DNA of 64,000 nt, from IMG/VR virus record IMGVR_UViG_3300032069_000750; one strand, 5' to 3'. Made by a program: the position numbers and the translations under genes. Under the pieces are notes generated by a model. That model worked only from the letters and a program-made list of their open reading frames with translations. It was not told the DNA's origin and did no database searches. Below, one piece after another: positions 9,398 through 18,259 of this stretch (positions are counted from its first letter, which is position 1; each line of letters begins with the position of its first letter). Source of the stretch: an uncultured virus (IMG/VR IMGVR_UViG_3300032069_000750) (taxonomy: Duplodnaviria > Heunggongvirae > Uroviricota > Caudoviricetes).

Positions 9398-10897
9398 TTA
9401 AGGTTGTATGGTAATGATATCGACCAGCTTGTTTGATGATATGCCGGCCGCATTGCTGTTGACCAGCATGAACTGAAGCGCGAGGGCACCGTCTGATTGG
9501 GCTCCGACTCCGATGGAGCCGGTGTATACCTTGTATGCCGTGTCTGTTCCCGTCCATGTTAACTTATGGACCGTCCCCAGTTGCACGCGCATCGTGTAGG
9601 TTCCGACATCCGCTTTCAGCTGCGCCGCGATCTTGATGGACCCCAGGGGGTTCACGTAGGCGTTTTTGAGCACGGTGGCGGTTTTGATCGTGCCGGGGGT
9701 TACTCCCGTGACGGTCATCTCGGAGTCGTCGCCGGCGTATGGCGTAGCGCGCCCGCTGATGAGAGAGCCCTGCAGTCCGGTGGTGATCTTGCCGTATCCC
9801 ACGGCGTTGTTCGCGATTTTCCCCGAGTAGACCGCGTTAGAGGCGAGCTGCTGCGACCCTACCGCGTTGTTCGCTATCTTCGTGCCGATGACCGCTCCGT
9901 TGGCGAGCTGCTGGGACCCTACGGCGTTGTTCGCTATCTTGGACCGTATGACGGCGTTGTTCGCGATGTTCTGACTGCCGATGACATCATTACCGATCTG
10001 GACGGAGCCGACCGCGCCCGTGGCTATCTTGATCCTGGTGACTGCGCCCGTGGCGAGCTGCAGGGACCCGACCATGTTGTTGCCGATCTGCACCGAGCCG
10101 ACGGCACCAGTGGCTATCTTTGTTCTGATGACCGAGGCGTTCGCAAGTTTCTGTGATCCTATTGTGTTGTTCGCTATCTTGGTGCCGATGACCGCGCTGT
10201 TGGCGAGCTGCTGGGAGCCGATCTGGTTGTTGGTGATGTTGTATCCTCTGATGACGCCGGCGCCGATCATCGCGCTTGAGCCGATCGCGTCGTTGGCGAT
10301 GTGTTGCGACCCCACAGCGTCGTTCGCTATCTGCTGGCTTCCGACGGCGGTGTTGGCGATCTTGATCCTGGTGACTGCGCCCGTGGCGAGCTGCAGGGAC
10401 CCGACCATGTTGTTGCCGATCTGCACCGAGCCGACGGCACCAGTGGCTATCTTTGTTCTGATGACCCCGCTGTTCGCTAGCTGCTGAGAACCGACGGCGT
10501 TGTTCGCTATCTTTGTACTAATTACTCCAGCGTTTGCAAGTTGCTGGCTGCCGACGGCGTTGTTCTTGATTTTCGCTGCATAGACCGCCTGGCTGTAGAT
10601 GTTCTGCGAGCCGACAGCGGGAGAATAGAGCTGCGAGGAGCCGACCGAGGGCTCCTTCAGCTGGGTCGTGCCGATGCTGTTCGCTGGGGGCAAAGAGCCT
10701 ATAGAAATCGACCCGATCAACCCTGTTGTGAGCTCGGCGTACCCGATAATTCCATCCTTAATTTGAGCGGCATAAGAAACAGCATTGTTTGCCAAGTGTT
10801 GTGAACCAACTGCGTCATTCGCTATCTTAGCACTATAGATTGCGCCGTTAGAAATCTGCTCGGATCCTATCAAAAATTTTCTTATAGTTATTGGCAT
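9398..10897 (-). CDS. Long fibre/spike protein with AVGSQQ(L/I)AN / VIxTKIA repeats
   Basis: ~35 ten-residue-period repeats, TTGLxGS motifs, C-terminal beta-sandwich. Confidence 0.75.
   Translation of the reverse strand: MPITIRKFLIGSEQISNGAIYSAKIANDAVGSQHLANNAVSYAAQIKDGIIGYAELTTGLIGSISIGSLPPANSIGTTQLKEPSVGSSQLYSPAVGSQNIYSQAVYAAKIKNNAVGSQQLANAGVISTKIANNAVGSQQLANSGVIRTKIATGAVGSVQIGNNMVGSLQLATGAVTRIKIANTAVGSQQIANDAVGSQHIANDAIGSSAMIGAGVIRGYNITNNQIGSQQLANSAVIGTKIANNTIGSQKLANASVIRTKIATGAVGSVQIGNNMVGSLQLATGAVTRIKIATGAVGSVQIGNDVIGSQNIANNAVIRSKIANNAVGSQQLANGAVIGTKIANNAVGSQQLASNAVYSGKIANNAVGYGKITTGLQGSLISGRATPYAGDDSEMTVTGVTPGTIKTATVLKNAYVNPLGSIKIAAQLKADVGTYTMRVQLGTVHKLTWTGTDTAYKVYTGSIGVGAQSDGALALQFMLVNSNAAGISSNKLVDIITIQP
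10026..10466. repeat. Exact 108-nt intragenic duplication (10026-10133 and 10359-10466)
   Basis: Identical atcttgatcctggtgactgcgcc...tttgttctgatgacc copies. Confidence 0.85.
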
Positions 10898-10922
10898 CTA
10901 AATCATCAACCGAACTAGGGTT

Positions 10923-10933
10923 TGGTAGTTAAT
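10923..10933 (-). promoter_or_regulatory. Conserved ATTAACYACCA promoter element
   Basis: TGGTAGTTAAT on + strand, ~25 nt upstream of ATG 10897. Confidence 0.7.
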
Positions 10934-10947
10934 AAAATTTCTCTATG

Positions 10948-11331
10948 CTATTTCAATGAGTAGATGCGGACGTTGGCGGTCTCCCCCTTCTCGCAGAACA
11001 GCAACACCCGGTGGATCTTGTCTTTCGCCTCCATGTCGGCATCGAGAACCTCGCCCTTCTTGACCGGGGCCTTGTCTATCGAGCGGTCGTTGATGACGAC
11101 GTTCACGCTGTTGGGCCCGTCGTTGATCATAGAGAAGGACATCCAGGGCATGGAGGGAATGGTCTCCCTGCTCAGGTCCGTCAGCTCCTCCGTCACTGTC
11201 CTGGGGAAGTTGTCGGCGACCCCGTCGGGGATCCTTGATTTCATGGTATTGTGGATATCCAGCAGTCTTTTCTCGACGCGTATGCTGGTCTCTTCTTGGA
11301 TGAGGAGGTTTTTCACAAAATCAGACACCAT
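10948..11331 (-). CDS. Small beta-sandwich (jelly-roll-like) putative structural/penton protein
   Basis: WMSFSMINDGPNSVNVVIN...PVKKGE...ANVRIY alternating strands; in the structural block. Confidence 0.5.
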   Translation of the reverse strand: MVSDFVKNLLIQEETSIRVEKRLLDIHNTMKSRIPDGVADNFPRTVTEELTDLSRETIPSMPWMSFSMINDGPNSVNVVINDRSIDKAPVKKGEVLDADMEAKDKIHRVLLFCEKGETANVRIYSLK

Positions 11332-11675
11332 TATCTCACGAATTCCACGATTTCCTGGATGTACCCGTTCTTGTCCCTCACGATCTGCGTGATGTTCTTG
11401 ATCCCTATCCTCTGGCTCTGACCGAACATGCCCCCCTGCATCATCAGGAGCGCGATCCTCGGGAAAAAAAAGAAGATGAGCGGAAATTGGGACGGACCTA
11501 TCTGCTGGAACCGCTGGAGGAACGGCATCGGTAGCAACACCGGCCTCTGCACGATCTGGTTCTGCGGGGCCATGGCTCCCTTTGATGTGGCTGGCTCATC
11601 GGCGGTCACCACGCCTATGACCCTCTTGTTCTCATCAACATCAAACGAGTCGGGATATGGTTCTTCGTATTGCAT
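11331..11675 (-). CDS. Putative virion membrane-associated protein
   Basis: Hydrophobic FPLIFFFFPRIALLMM; C-terminal IVRDKNGYIQEI hairpin; motif at 11698-11708 upstream. Confidence 0.5.
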   Translation of the reverse strand: MQYEEPYPDSFDVDENKRVIGVVTADEPATSKGAMAPQNQIVQRPVLLPMPFLQRFQQIGPSQFPLIFFFFPRIALLMMQGGMFGQSQRIGIKNITQIVRDKNGYIQEIVEFVR

Positions 11676-11718
11676 ACTCTCAAAAGGATAAAGAATAGGT
11701 GGTTAAAAGTTTTTATGA

Positions 11719-12483
11719 TTAAATTCTGTTTCCCCACGCATGGTAATGAACATCCGCGGTACCAGACAGACCTGCCAAGGTGAATACTCTTACTTTAAAT
11801 GAACCCACTGCGGGAGGTAGCGCTAAACAAGCATGGTATGTCCCAACAGCTCCGACAACTACATGCATGTTGGTAAAATAATCAGTGAATGATTTATATC
11901 TCCCTGCAGATCTCACACCAGTTATTGTCCCGTGCTCATAGTGCTCCGCGAATTTGTATTCCTCCAGACCAGGATACGGTCCTCTACCTGGACTGTCAAG
12001 TTGCTGTGAACCGACAGCATAATTTGCAATTTTAGTGCCGATGACCGCGCCATTCGCGAGCTGCTGGGAGCCAATCGTGTTGTTCGCAAGGTTGTACCCA
12101 CGGATGACCCCCGCTCCGATCATCGCAGACGAGCCGATCGCATCATTCTGGATGTGCCGGCTGCCGATCGCGTCGTCCATGATGTTCTGAGAGCCGACAC
12201 CAGGCTCCTTCAACTCCGTGGTGCCGATGCTGTCCGCTCCGCTGAGCCCGAGTGACCCCTGCAGACCGGTCGTGATCTTTCCGTAGCCGACCGAGTTGGC
12301 CGCGATCTTCGGGGCGTACACCGCGTTGGAGGCGATGTTCTGAGATCCCACGCCACCGGCTTTAATCTGGGTGGTCCCCACGCTGTTCGCGCCGGGGGAT
12401 CCGCCGAGGGATCCCTGCAGCCCCGTCGTGAGCCTGCTGTAGGATATTAATTCGGATTGGGTGACGTTCCCCATTTCAAACAC
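11719..12483 (-). CDS. Fibre/spike protein (third paralogue) with C-terminal gp53/H-lectin-like domain
   Basis: Two TTGLQGSL motifs, VGSQ repeats, ends HYHAWG. Confidence 0.7.
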   Translation of the reverse strand: MFEMGNVTQSELISYSRLTTGLQGSLGGSPGANSVGTTQIKAGGVGSQNIASNAVYAPKIAANSVGYGKITTGLQGSLGLSGADSIGTTELKEPGVGSQNIMDDAIGSRHIQNDAIGSSAMIGAGVIRGYNLANNTIGSQQLANGAVIGTKIANYAVGSQQLDSPGRGPYPGLEEYKFAEHYEHGTITGVRSAGRYKSFTDYFTNMHVVVGAVGTYHACLALPPAVGSFKVRVFTLAGLSGTADVHYHAWGNRI

Positions 12484-12495
12484 CTGTCATTTATC

Positions 12496-12921
12496 TTATG
12501 TTATGATCTCGCTGCCGAACTGCGGCACGATCCCCTCGATGCTGACCGAGTACGTCCCGGACGAGGTTCCCGCGAGGTTCCTGAACTGGGCGGTCCCCTT
12601 GAGGACCATCACTGGTCCCATCTGGTCTCCGAGCGCGGAGCGCATGCCTGCCGCCTCGAGGAAGATGAGGTCCACTGTCCCGGTCCGGTCTTTGACTATG
12701 AATTCTGTTTTGCCGTTTGCGTAAATGTCGAGACGCGTGATCATGATGTAGCTTCCCGGACCAGTAGAATACTTCGTGATGAGGGTCCCAGCATCTACAG
12801 CTGTGACGCGCCCGGCGCGTTTCACCGTGTTCGTCGGGAATTGCTCTTTCTGGTAGTCTCTGAAGTTCGGGTTGAATCTCTCGTTTCGTATAAACCGATA
12901 TTGCGGGTCGTTTTCTTCCAT
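12496..12921 (-). CDS. Beta-rich putative structural (penton/minor capsid) protein
   Basis: All-beta pattern, G[ST]-rich, lies between capsid-like and fibre genes. Confidence 0.5.
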   Translation of the reverse strand: MEENDPQYRFIRNERFNPNFRDYQKEQFPTNTVKRAGRVTAVDAGTLITKYSTGPGSYIMITRLDIYANGKTEFIVKDRTGTVDLIFLEAAGMRSALGDQMGPVMVLKGTAQFRNLAGTSSGTYSVSIEGIVPQFGSEIIT

Positions 12922-12932
12922 TTTTTATCCTC

Positions 12933-13520
12933 CTAGCTGGTCTGCTGGCCGGTGCGGACCGGCGAGAGCCCTCCGAGGGTTATTGGTCTGTAAGGGATGC
13001 GTTTCTTCTTCAGGAGCTCGAGGGTCTCCGTGTCGGTGACCTTGCTGATGACTGTCTTGTTCAGAAGGATGTTCAGCGAGGGCGTCAACGCGCGGTCCGT
13101 CGGGTTGAAGGCGGTGAAGGCGGGGAAGTCGAAGCTTCCGTCCTTCATGAGGAAAAACTCGGTGACGAAGCACGGGCGGTCGAACGGGGACTCGTCGGAG
13201 TCGTGGAACCCTACCTCCCTGAGGGAGGATGTCGCGATTGGTTTCTTGTCAGTTCCCCCGAGCCGCGTGTTCAGCGGCAGGTTCAGGTATATCAGGGCTC
13301 CTGTTTTGATGCCGAATATCCCCTGGTAGAGCCGGTTCAGCGCCAGGGGCTTGAGGTCCTCCACGTTTCGAGGGCCGTCCTCCGCGTTCGACGCGATTGA
13401 TGACGGCCAGTCAAAAACGTAGCGGGCTCGTTCCGTCTGCTCGATGAAATCAAACTCTTGCGTGTTGAACTCTGGAGAGGTCAGCCTAATAAAATATCCT
13501 TCTTTTAACCATTCTGGCAT
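12933..13520 (-). CDS. Putative single-jelly-roll capsid protein
   Basis: 195 aa beta-rich protein next to 13960..14523 in the structural operon; fold inferred, not searched. Confidence 0.4.
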   Translation of the reverse strand: MPEWLKEGYFIRLTSPEFNTQEFDFIEQTERARYVFDWPSSIASNAEDGPRNVEDLKPLALNRLYQGIFGIKTGALIYLNLPLNTRLGGTDKKPIATSSLREVGFHDSDESPFDRPCFVTEFFLMKDGSFDFPAFTAFNPTDRALTPSLNILLNKTVISKVTDTETLELLKKKRIPYRPITLGGLSPVRTGQQTS

Positions 13521-13631
13521 GTTATCATCCCTTGTCTTGTTTTCTACGGGAGGGTATCCCTCTGTTTTCAGTGAAAAGTAAAGAGAGGTCTCCGCCTGAA
13601 TGGCAGAGAGGTTTCTTTCGCTTCGGAGTGA

Positions 13632-13946
13632 TTATTCCCCGACTGCGAGGAAGTTTGTGGTGAGCGTTCCGGCTGTTCGGAGCCTTGCTGTTCCGGCTCC
13701 GTCGTACGATTTCAGGCTCGCGTAGTTGTCGTAGGATCCTGGCCCGACCAGGCTTACTGTAACCATGCTGCCGTTCGTGTTCTGCTCGAGGAGCAAGCAT
13801 CTGATCGTGTTCAGCTTGACATCGCTGCAGTGCACGGCCTCACGGGTCGGGACAAGCGTCATCTTGCCCTGTACGACCGCTGGCCCCATGCCTGCCGGCC
13901 CGGATTCCATTTTGCTTTCGGACCGGATCTCAAATGTTTTAGTCAT
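13632..13946 (-). CDS. Small beta-rich structural protein (gp53-like C-terminus)
   Basis: Ends NFLAVGE, similar to the fibre C-termini xxAWG/WVALG. Confidence 0.45.
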   Translation of the reverse strand: MTKTFEIRSESKMESGPAGMGPAVVQGKMTLVPTREAVHCSDVKLNTIRCLLLEQNTNGSMVTVSLVGPGSYDNYASLKSYDGAGTARLRTAGTLTTNFLAVGE

Positions 13947-13959
13947 GTGTCAACCTTCC

Positions 13960-14523
13960 CTAAGTGGGGGTCTCACTGATCAGGACTTTGCTCTTTGCGA
14001 GGGCGAATCCGAGTGGTTTTATGACGTTGTACCCTTTTGTGACCGCGTTTACTCTGAGGAGAACGGGCTCTTCCTCGGGGATGATGATCCCCTTCTCGAA
14101 GATGACCGCCGGTTCCTTCATGATTCCGAGTTCTCCCTCGAGGTTGATCACGGGGAACTTTACCTTTCCGGCTTCAAGTCGGATCGACGCGACGCGCTGG
14201 CTGATGTTCGGCAGTATGAAACCGAGCACGCCGATGTAGACATCCTCGATGACGTTGTTGTTGATGACGTCCTGCCACCCGACTGTCGCCAGGTTCCGGT
14301 TCCAGGTCTCGCCTTTTCCCGCGACAGTGCCGAGCTGCACGAAACGAGGCCGTATCCCGGCGACACCGAACTGGTTTGCTCCCGGGATTAATCCGCCGTT
14401 GCTCAGGCCCCAGGCCGCTTGAACCTGCGATACCGCGTTTGCGAGAGTGTCGTTGTACACACTCTGGAACTCGGGGTACTCTTTCTTTATTTTGCTGAAT
14501 TCCATAATTATTGGACTTGCCAT
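13960..14523 (-). CDS. Putative major capsid protein (single jelly-roll)
   Basis: Strong AGGAGG RBS, N-terminal helix followed by ~8 beta strands (GLIPGANQFG...GWQDVIN...FPVINLE...EPAVIFE), head of the structural operon. Confidence 0.5.
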   Translation of the reverse strand: MASPIIMEFSKIKKEYPEFQSVYNDTLANAVSQVQAAWGLSNGGLIPGANQFGVAGIRPRFVQLGTVAGKGETWNRNLATVGWQDVINNNVIEDVYIGVLGFILPNISQRVASIRLEAGKVKFPVINLEGELGIMKEPAVIFEKGIIIPEEEPVLLRVNAVTKGYNVIKPLGFALAKSKVLISETPT

Positions 14524-14534
14524 CTTTTTTCCTC

Positions 14535-14771
14535 CTATACACTCACGAACTTTGTGGAAGAGACCGCTGGCGGCTCCTGGTAGACACCGTGTTGTCCTAC
14601 GGTGGTCACTCCTGGCCCTTTTGCCATCAGTCCCGTACCTCTGATTGATTGCAGGCGGTCAGAGACTCGCTTCCCCATCTGGAAGTTCGCGAGGAACCCC
14701 TGCCCCATGGTGAACTGCCCGAGCATGCTCTGCAACTGCTGGCGGAGATTCTGGATGTTTTCACCGACCAT
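14535..14771 (-). CDS. Small hypothetical (virion) protein
   Basis: Co-oriented, directly upstream of the capsid candidate. Confidence 0.55.
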   Translation of the reverse strand: MVGENIQNLRQQLQSMLGQFTMGQGFLANFQMGKRVSDRLQSIRGTGLMAKGPGVTTVGQHGVYQEPPAVSSTKFVSV

Positions 14772-14772
14772 T

Positions 14773-14952
14773 CTATAGCCTCCCGATGAGGCTACGGTTC
14801 ATCGAAGCGAACCTTAGGATGTGCCCCTTCGCGGTGTCAATCAGGGCCGGGCTTCCTGATTTGATGCGTGATCCGGTTTTTTGTATTGTGCTCCGTGTGT
14901 TTTCAACCGCACCCGTCAGCCTATCTTTAACCTTTGGTAAAATCTCTGGCAT
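14773..14952 (-). CDS. Small basic protein (59 aa, not in ORF track)
   Basis: Own translation MPEILPKVKDRLTGAVENTRSTIQKTGSRIKSG...; GGTGA RBS; motif at 15003-15013 upstream. Confidence 0.55.
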   Translation of the reverse strand: MPEILPKVKDRLTGAVENTRSTIQKTGSRIKSGSPALIDTAKGHILRFASMNRSLIGRL

Positions 14953-15043
14953 GGTTCTTTCACCTGACTTTCCTTTATCTCAGATTGAATGAAACTAAGC
15001 TTTGGTAGTTAATAAAATTTTTCATGCGAAGACTCATGGTCGC

Positions 15044-15466
15044 TTAGTAGAGCCAGCGGTATCCCGCCGGAGGCCTCGGTTTGGCTCCAGTGACCCTTGC
15101 GAACCCCCGGGCCAATGTTGAAAATACGTCCGTTGGTTCCGCTTGCTGTGCCGCCCGCTGCACGTAGATCGGCATATTGATCAGCTCTCGGGTAGTAACT
15201 CTTGGTGCTGGCATAGTTGGGGGGCTTATTTGGGCGTAGGGCAACGCCGCTTTTTCCTTGGTTTCAGCTACGACCTGTTTCGCTTTTTCAACGACCGGAG
15301 CGGGAGTCCGCTCCAGAGCAGACCTGATCGACTGAACAGTGGGGTGAGTGGACCGTATGAAACCGGGGTTGCCGGAAAATAATATCTGCAGCGGGGTTTT
15401 CCCCCGTATGAATTCCTGCCTCGCAACCTGGACCTTCTGCAAAAGTTCTCCTACCATGTTGATCAC
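15044..15466 (-). CDS. Pro/Ala-rich hypothetical protein
   Basis: Motif at 15484-15494 upstream. Confidence 0.6.
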   Translation of the reverse strand: MINMVGELLQKVQVARQEFIRGKTPLQILFSGNPGFIRSTHPTVQSIRSALERTPAPVVEKAKQVVAETKEKAALPYAQISPPTMPAPRVTTRELINMPIYVQRAAQQAEPTDVFSTLARGFARVTGAKPRPPAGYRWLY

Positions 15467-15515
15467 TGAGAGCTTTTAGACCGTGGTAGTTAATAAAATT
15501 TCTTATAATGAGCGG

Positions 15516-15962
15516 TCAGAGGCCGAGGTACTCCCGCATCCTGAGGGCGTTCGGTCTAAGGTTGAGTTTCGCTTCCACTTGCGATCGGAGCACGTACGCG
15601 GTCCACCAGTACTTGCGGGTGAAAACCGTGTTGCCGCCGTCCTTCAATCCCCAGACGTGGATGTTGGTCTTTATGCCGTGGCCCGCTGAGACATCCATGC
15701 CCTTCCACAGGTACGCGTGGACGAGATTGTTCACGACGATCGGGACTATCTCCCCGTCGTACCTTGTCTTTACGTCCGATAAAGTGGGGCCGGCGCTCAG
15801 CTGCATGAACCTCTCGATGTACTTTATGTTCCACGGGAGGCTCGACTGGCCGAGCACCCGGTAGAAGACGGCCGTCAGCACGGAGTCCATGGCGGGGGTT
15901 ATCGCCTCGAGAAAAGTCGCGTCATCCATGCCGTCGAACTCGTGACCTCGGTATTCTGCCAT
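15516..15962 (-). CDS. Hypothetical protein
   Basis: Motif at 15986-15996 upstream. Confidence 0.65.
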   Translation of the reverse strand: MAEYRGHEFDGMDDATFLEAITPAMDSVLTAVFYRVLGQSSLPWNIKYIERFMQLSAGPTLSDVKTRYDGEIVPIVVNNLVHAYLWKGMDVSAGHGIKTNIHVWGLKDGGNTVFTRKYWWTAYVLRSQVEAKLNLRPNALRMREYLGL

Positions 15963-16031
15963 ACAAATCGGAAAATATTAAGACTTGGTAGTTAATTACA
16001 TTTACCATCGCAGTGAGGAGAAAGGAGTTCA

Positions 16032-17120
16032 ATGGATAAGTACGACATCGTGATAGTCGGGGCCGGCCCGGCCGGCATTTCCGCCGCGCTTCACTCAACG
16101 GGGAACGTCCTTCTTATCGAGAAGAACAAGAAGATAGGCGTCCCCGTCAAGTGCGGGGAGGGGCTGTTCGGCAAGATCGTCGACTATTTCGACGTGCGGG
16201 ACTGCGTCCGGGACGCCCACGTGGTCCACGACGTAGAGTTCTGCTTCCCGAACGGGACGAGCAAGAGGATGACGATCAGATCGAACGACATCTTCGTCCT
16301 GAACAAGGACACATTTCTGCAGAGCATGGTGACGAAGGCGAGGGAGAAAAATCCTGATCTGACCGTGAAAACGGACACGAAAGCGTGGTATGACATTGAT
16401 AATATCCTATTTATGGACGGCGAGGCCATCGAGGCGAAGGTGATCATCGACGCGACCGGCATGCAGTCCGAGATCGGAAGAGCTAAGGGGTTATCAAGCT
16501 CCCTGAGTGCCAAGGATATCCATGTGTGCGCCCAGTACACCGTCGAGAGCACGAAGGTAGATCCGAGCGCCGTCCGGTTGTTCATAGACGAGCCGTACTC
16601 CCCCACGGGGTACACCTGGGTCTTCCCGAAGAACGACAACCGGGCGAACATCGGCATGGGGGTCCGCGGGATGGATCATTTCGATGTCAAGAAATACCTC
16701 GACTGGTTCATCAGCGACCACTACGGGGACGCGGAGAAATCGAATTTCTTCATCGCGCCGATCGCGCTCACGCCGCCAGTGCAACGATGCGTGGAGGACA
16801 ATGTTCTGCTCACCGGCGACGCCGCCCGGTTCTGCATATCCATGTCCGGCGCCGGCATAGGGAACGCGATGCTGAGCGGGAAGTACGCGGGCACGATAGC
16901 CTCGTATTACAATAACGGGCAGGCGACCCTCAACTACTACCAGTTCGTAATGGAGGCCGTCCTTTACAGAAAGCTAAAGAAGGCCTACAAGTACAAGGAG
17001 TACTTCCTGAGGGAACGGAACATGCGGAAGCTCCAGAGAGTCGCGTCCTTCCTGTTCTCGGCGCACTCGCTGTTCCCCAGGACCGTCGAGAGGTTCGCTC
17101 TTAAAAATTTTAGGTTCTAG
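16032..17120 (+). CDS. Geranylgeranyl reductase family flavoprotein (digeranylgeranylglycerophospholipid reductase-like)
   Basis: YDIVIVGAGPAG FAD motif, IGVPVKCGEG, PTGYTWVFPK..RANIGMG, LLTGDAA...SGAGIGNAMLSG. Confidence 0.9.
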   Translation: MDKYDIVIVGAGPAGISAALHSTGNVLLIEKNKKIGVPVKCGEGLFGKIVDYFDVRDCVRDAHVVHDVEFCFPNGTSKRMTIRSNDIFVLNKDTFLQSMVTKAREKNPDLTVKTDTKAWYDIDNILFMDGEAIEAKVIIDATGMQSEIGRAKGLSSSLSAKDIHVCAQYTVESTKVDPSAVRLFIDEPYSPTGYTWVFPKNDNRANIGMGVRGMDHFDVKKYLDWFISDHYGDAEKSNFFIAPIALTPPVQRCVEDNVLLTGDAARFCISMSGAGIGNAMLSGKYAGTIASYYNNGQATLNYYQFVMEAVLYRKLKKAYKYKEYFLRERNMRKLQRVASFLFSAHSLFPRTVERFALKNFRF

Positions 17121-17129
17121 GGTGGCAAA

Positions 17130-17264
17130 ATGAGAACGATAAAAAAGAAATGTTTTGTGTGCAAGGGGACCGGGAAATACGGACGCCTGTATGCAATGAG
17201 ATTGAAGCCCCAGCCCTGCTGGGTGTGCAACGGGACCAGCGAGCTTGTCTACAGGCTGGTATGA
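17130..17264 (+). CDS. 44-aa DnaJ-type CxxCxGxG Zn-finger protein (not in ORF track)
   Basis: Own translation MRTIKKKCFVCKGTGKYG...PCWVCNGTSELVYRLV*; stop overlaps the UbiA start (ATGA). Confidence 0.65.
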   Translation: MRTIKKKCFVCKGTGKYGRLYAMRLKPQPCWVCNGTSELVYRLV

Positions 17265-18259
17265 GGATGCTGCGGGATTGGCTGCGGATAGCGCGGTCGC
17301 AGACGGCGGCAGCCGTGATCATGCTCTGCGGGATGTTCTTCCTGCTGGGCGGGGGGAGCCTGTTCTCGGTCTTCGGCCTGCTCGTCGTGGTATTCTCAAT
17401 ATTGGTCCATGACTTCTCGTTCGCCCACAACTCGGTCATTGACGTGCTCGCGGGGTACGACACGAAGGACCGGTTCAAAAGCCACTTCCCCCTCTGCAAC
17501 GGGAAAGTGAGGCCTCTGAGCGCACTGAAGGTGACGCACCTAGGAATGTTCGCGGTGACTTTCTTCGCAGTGTATTTGTGCTGGCTGAGCCCGGGAGAAA
17601 AGTTTTGCGCGATGTCCTGCTATGCCGTTTTCGTCGTCTGCGGATTCTGGTACAACGAGTGGACCAGCAAGACGGCGACATGGGACTTCGTGCCGATCTC
17701 TCTGTGCTTCACGTCCCTCTCGCTCTACGCGTACTTCCTGGTAAACACCACGATGCCGTTCCTCGTCGTGCTCGCAGCACAATACATCTTCGTGGTCGAA
17801 TGGTACGAGATAGGGGTCGCCGGGGAGATCAAAGAGATCGAGACACCGGACGAGGTGGGCCTGCTGAGGAAAATGGGCGCCAGATGCGCCTACGGGACTT
17901 TTAATCTCGGTCGGGCGGCGTTTGTCTATAGCTGGATCGTCAAGCTCATCGGAGTATTTTTGCTGGGGGAGATAATATTCTTCTACAATAATTCGGTCGC
18001 AAGTACCCTCATTTATATCGTGATGTCGTTTGCGATGATCTACTTCGGATTGAAACTCACCAGGCGGCAGAAATGGAACCGGGACAAATCGCTCCGCTAC
18101 ATGGCGGCCGAGGAGATCGTCAGCATCTTCGCATTGCCACTCGTGCTCATTCCGATAATTGATATGGTATCTGCAGTTGTATTGATCGTCTTCTCACTAC
18201 TATATTTTCTTGCGATGAATTACCTGAATTGGAAAAGTTTTGTTTCTCCAAAAGTATAG
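17261..18259 (+). CDS. UbiA-superfamily prenyltransferase
   Basis: WLRIAR start, multiple TM helices, HNSVIDVLAGYD..D...HFPL..G (NxxxD motif), YN and second acidic motif EIKEIETPDE; real start ATG 17261. Confidence 0.8.
   Translation: MRMLRDWLRIARSQTAAAVIMLCGMFFLLGGGSLFSVFGLLVVVFSILVHDFSFAHNSVIDVLAGYDTKDRFKSHFPLCNGKVRPLSALKVTHLGMFAVTFFAVYLCWLSPGEKFCAMSCYAVFVVCGFWYNEWTSKTATWDFVPISLCFTSLSLYAYFLVNTTMPFLVVLAAQYIFVVEWYEIGVAGEIKEIETPDEVGLLRKMGARCAYGTFNLGRAAFVYSWIVKLIGVFLLGEIIFFYNNSVASTLIYIVMSFAMIYFGLKLTRRQKWNRDKSLRYMAAEEIVSIFALPLVLIPIIDMVSAVVLIVFSLLYFLAMNYLNWKSFVSPKV

Noticed and set aside
8606..12483. Diversity-generating retroelement targeting fibre tips
   Set aside because: No reverse transcriptase in the window; the duplications are exact or not adenine-specific and lie in the shafts
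13525..13631. Riboswitch in the gap between capsid-region genes
   Set aside because: Only two short hairpins and a U-rich stretch on the minus strand; adequately explained as a terminator or stability element
17150..17260. N-terminal extension of the UbiA ORF given in the track
   Set aside because: The region is better explained by the 44-aa Zn-finger ORF 17130..17264, with UbiA starting at ATG 17261
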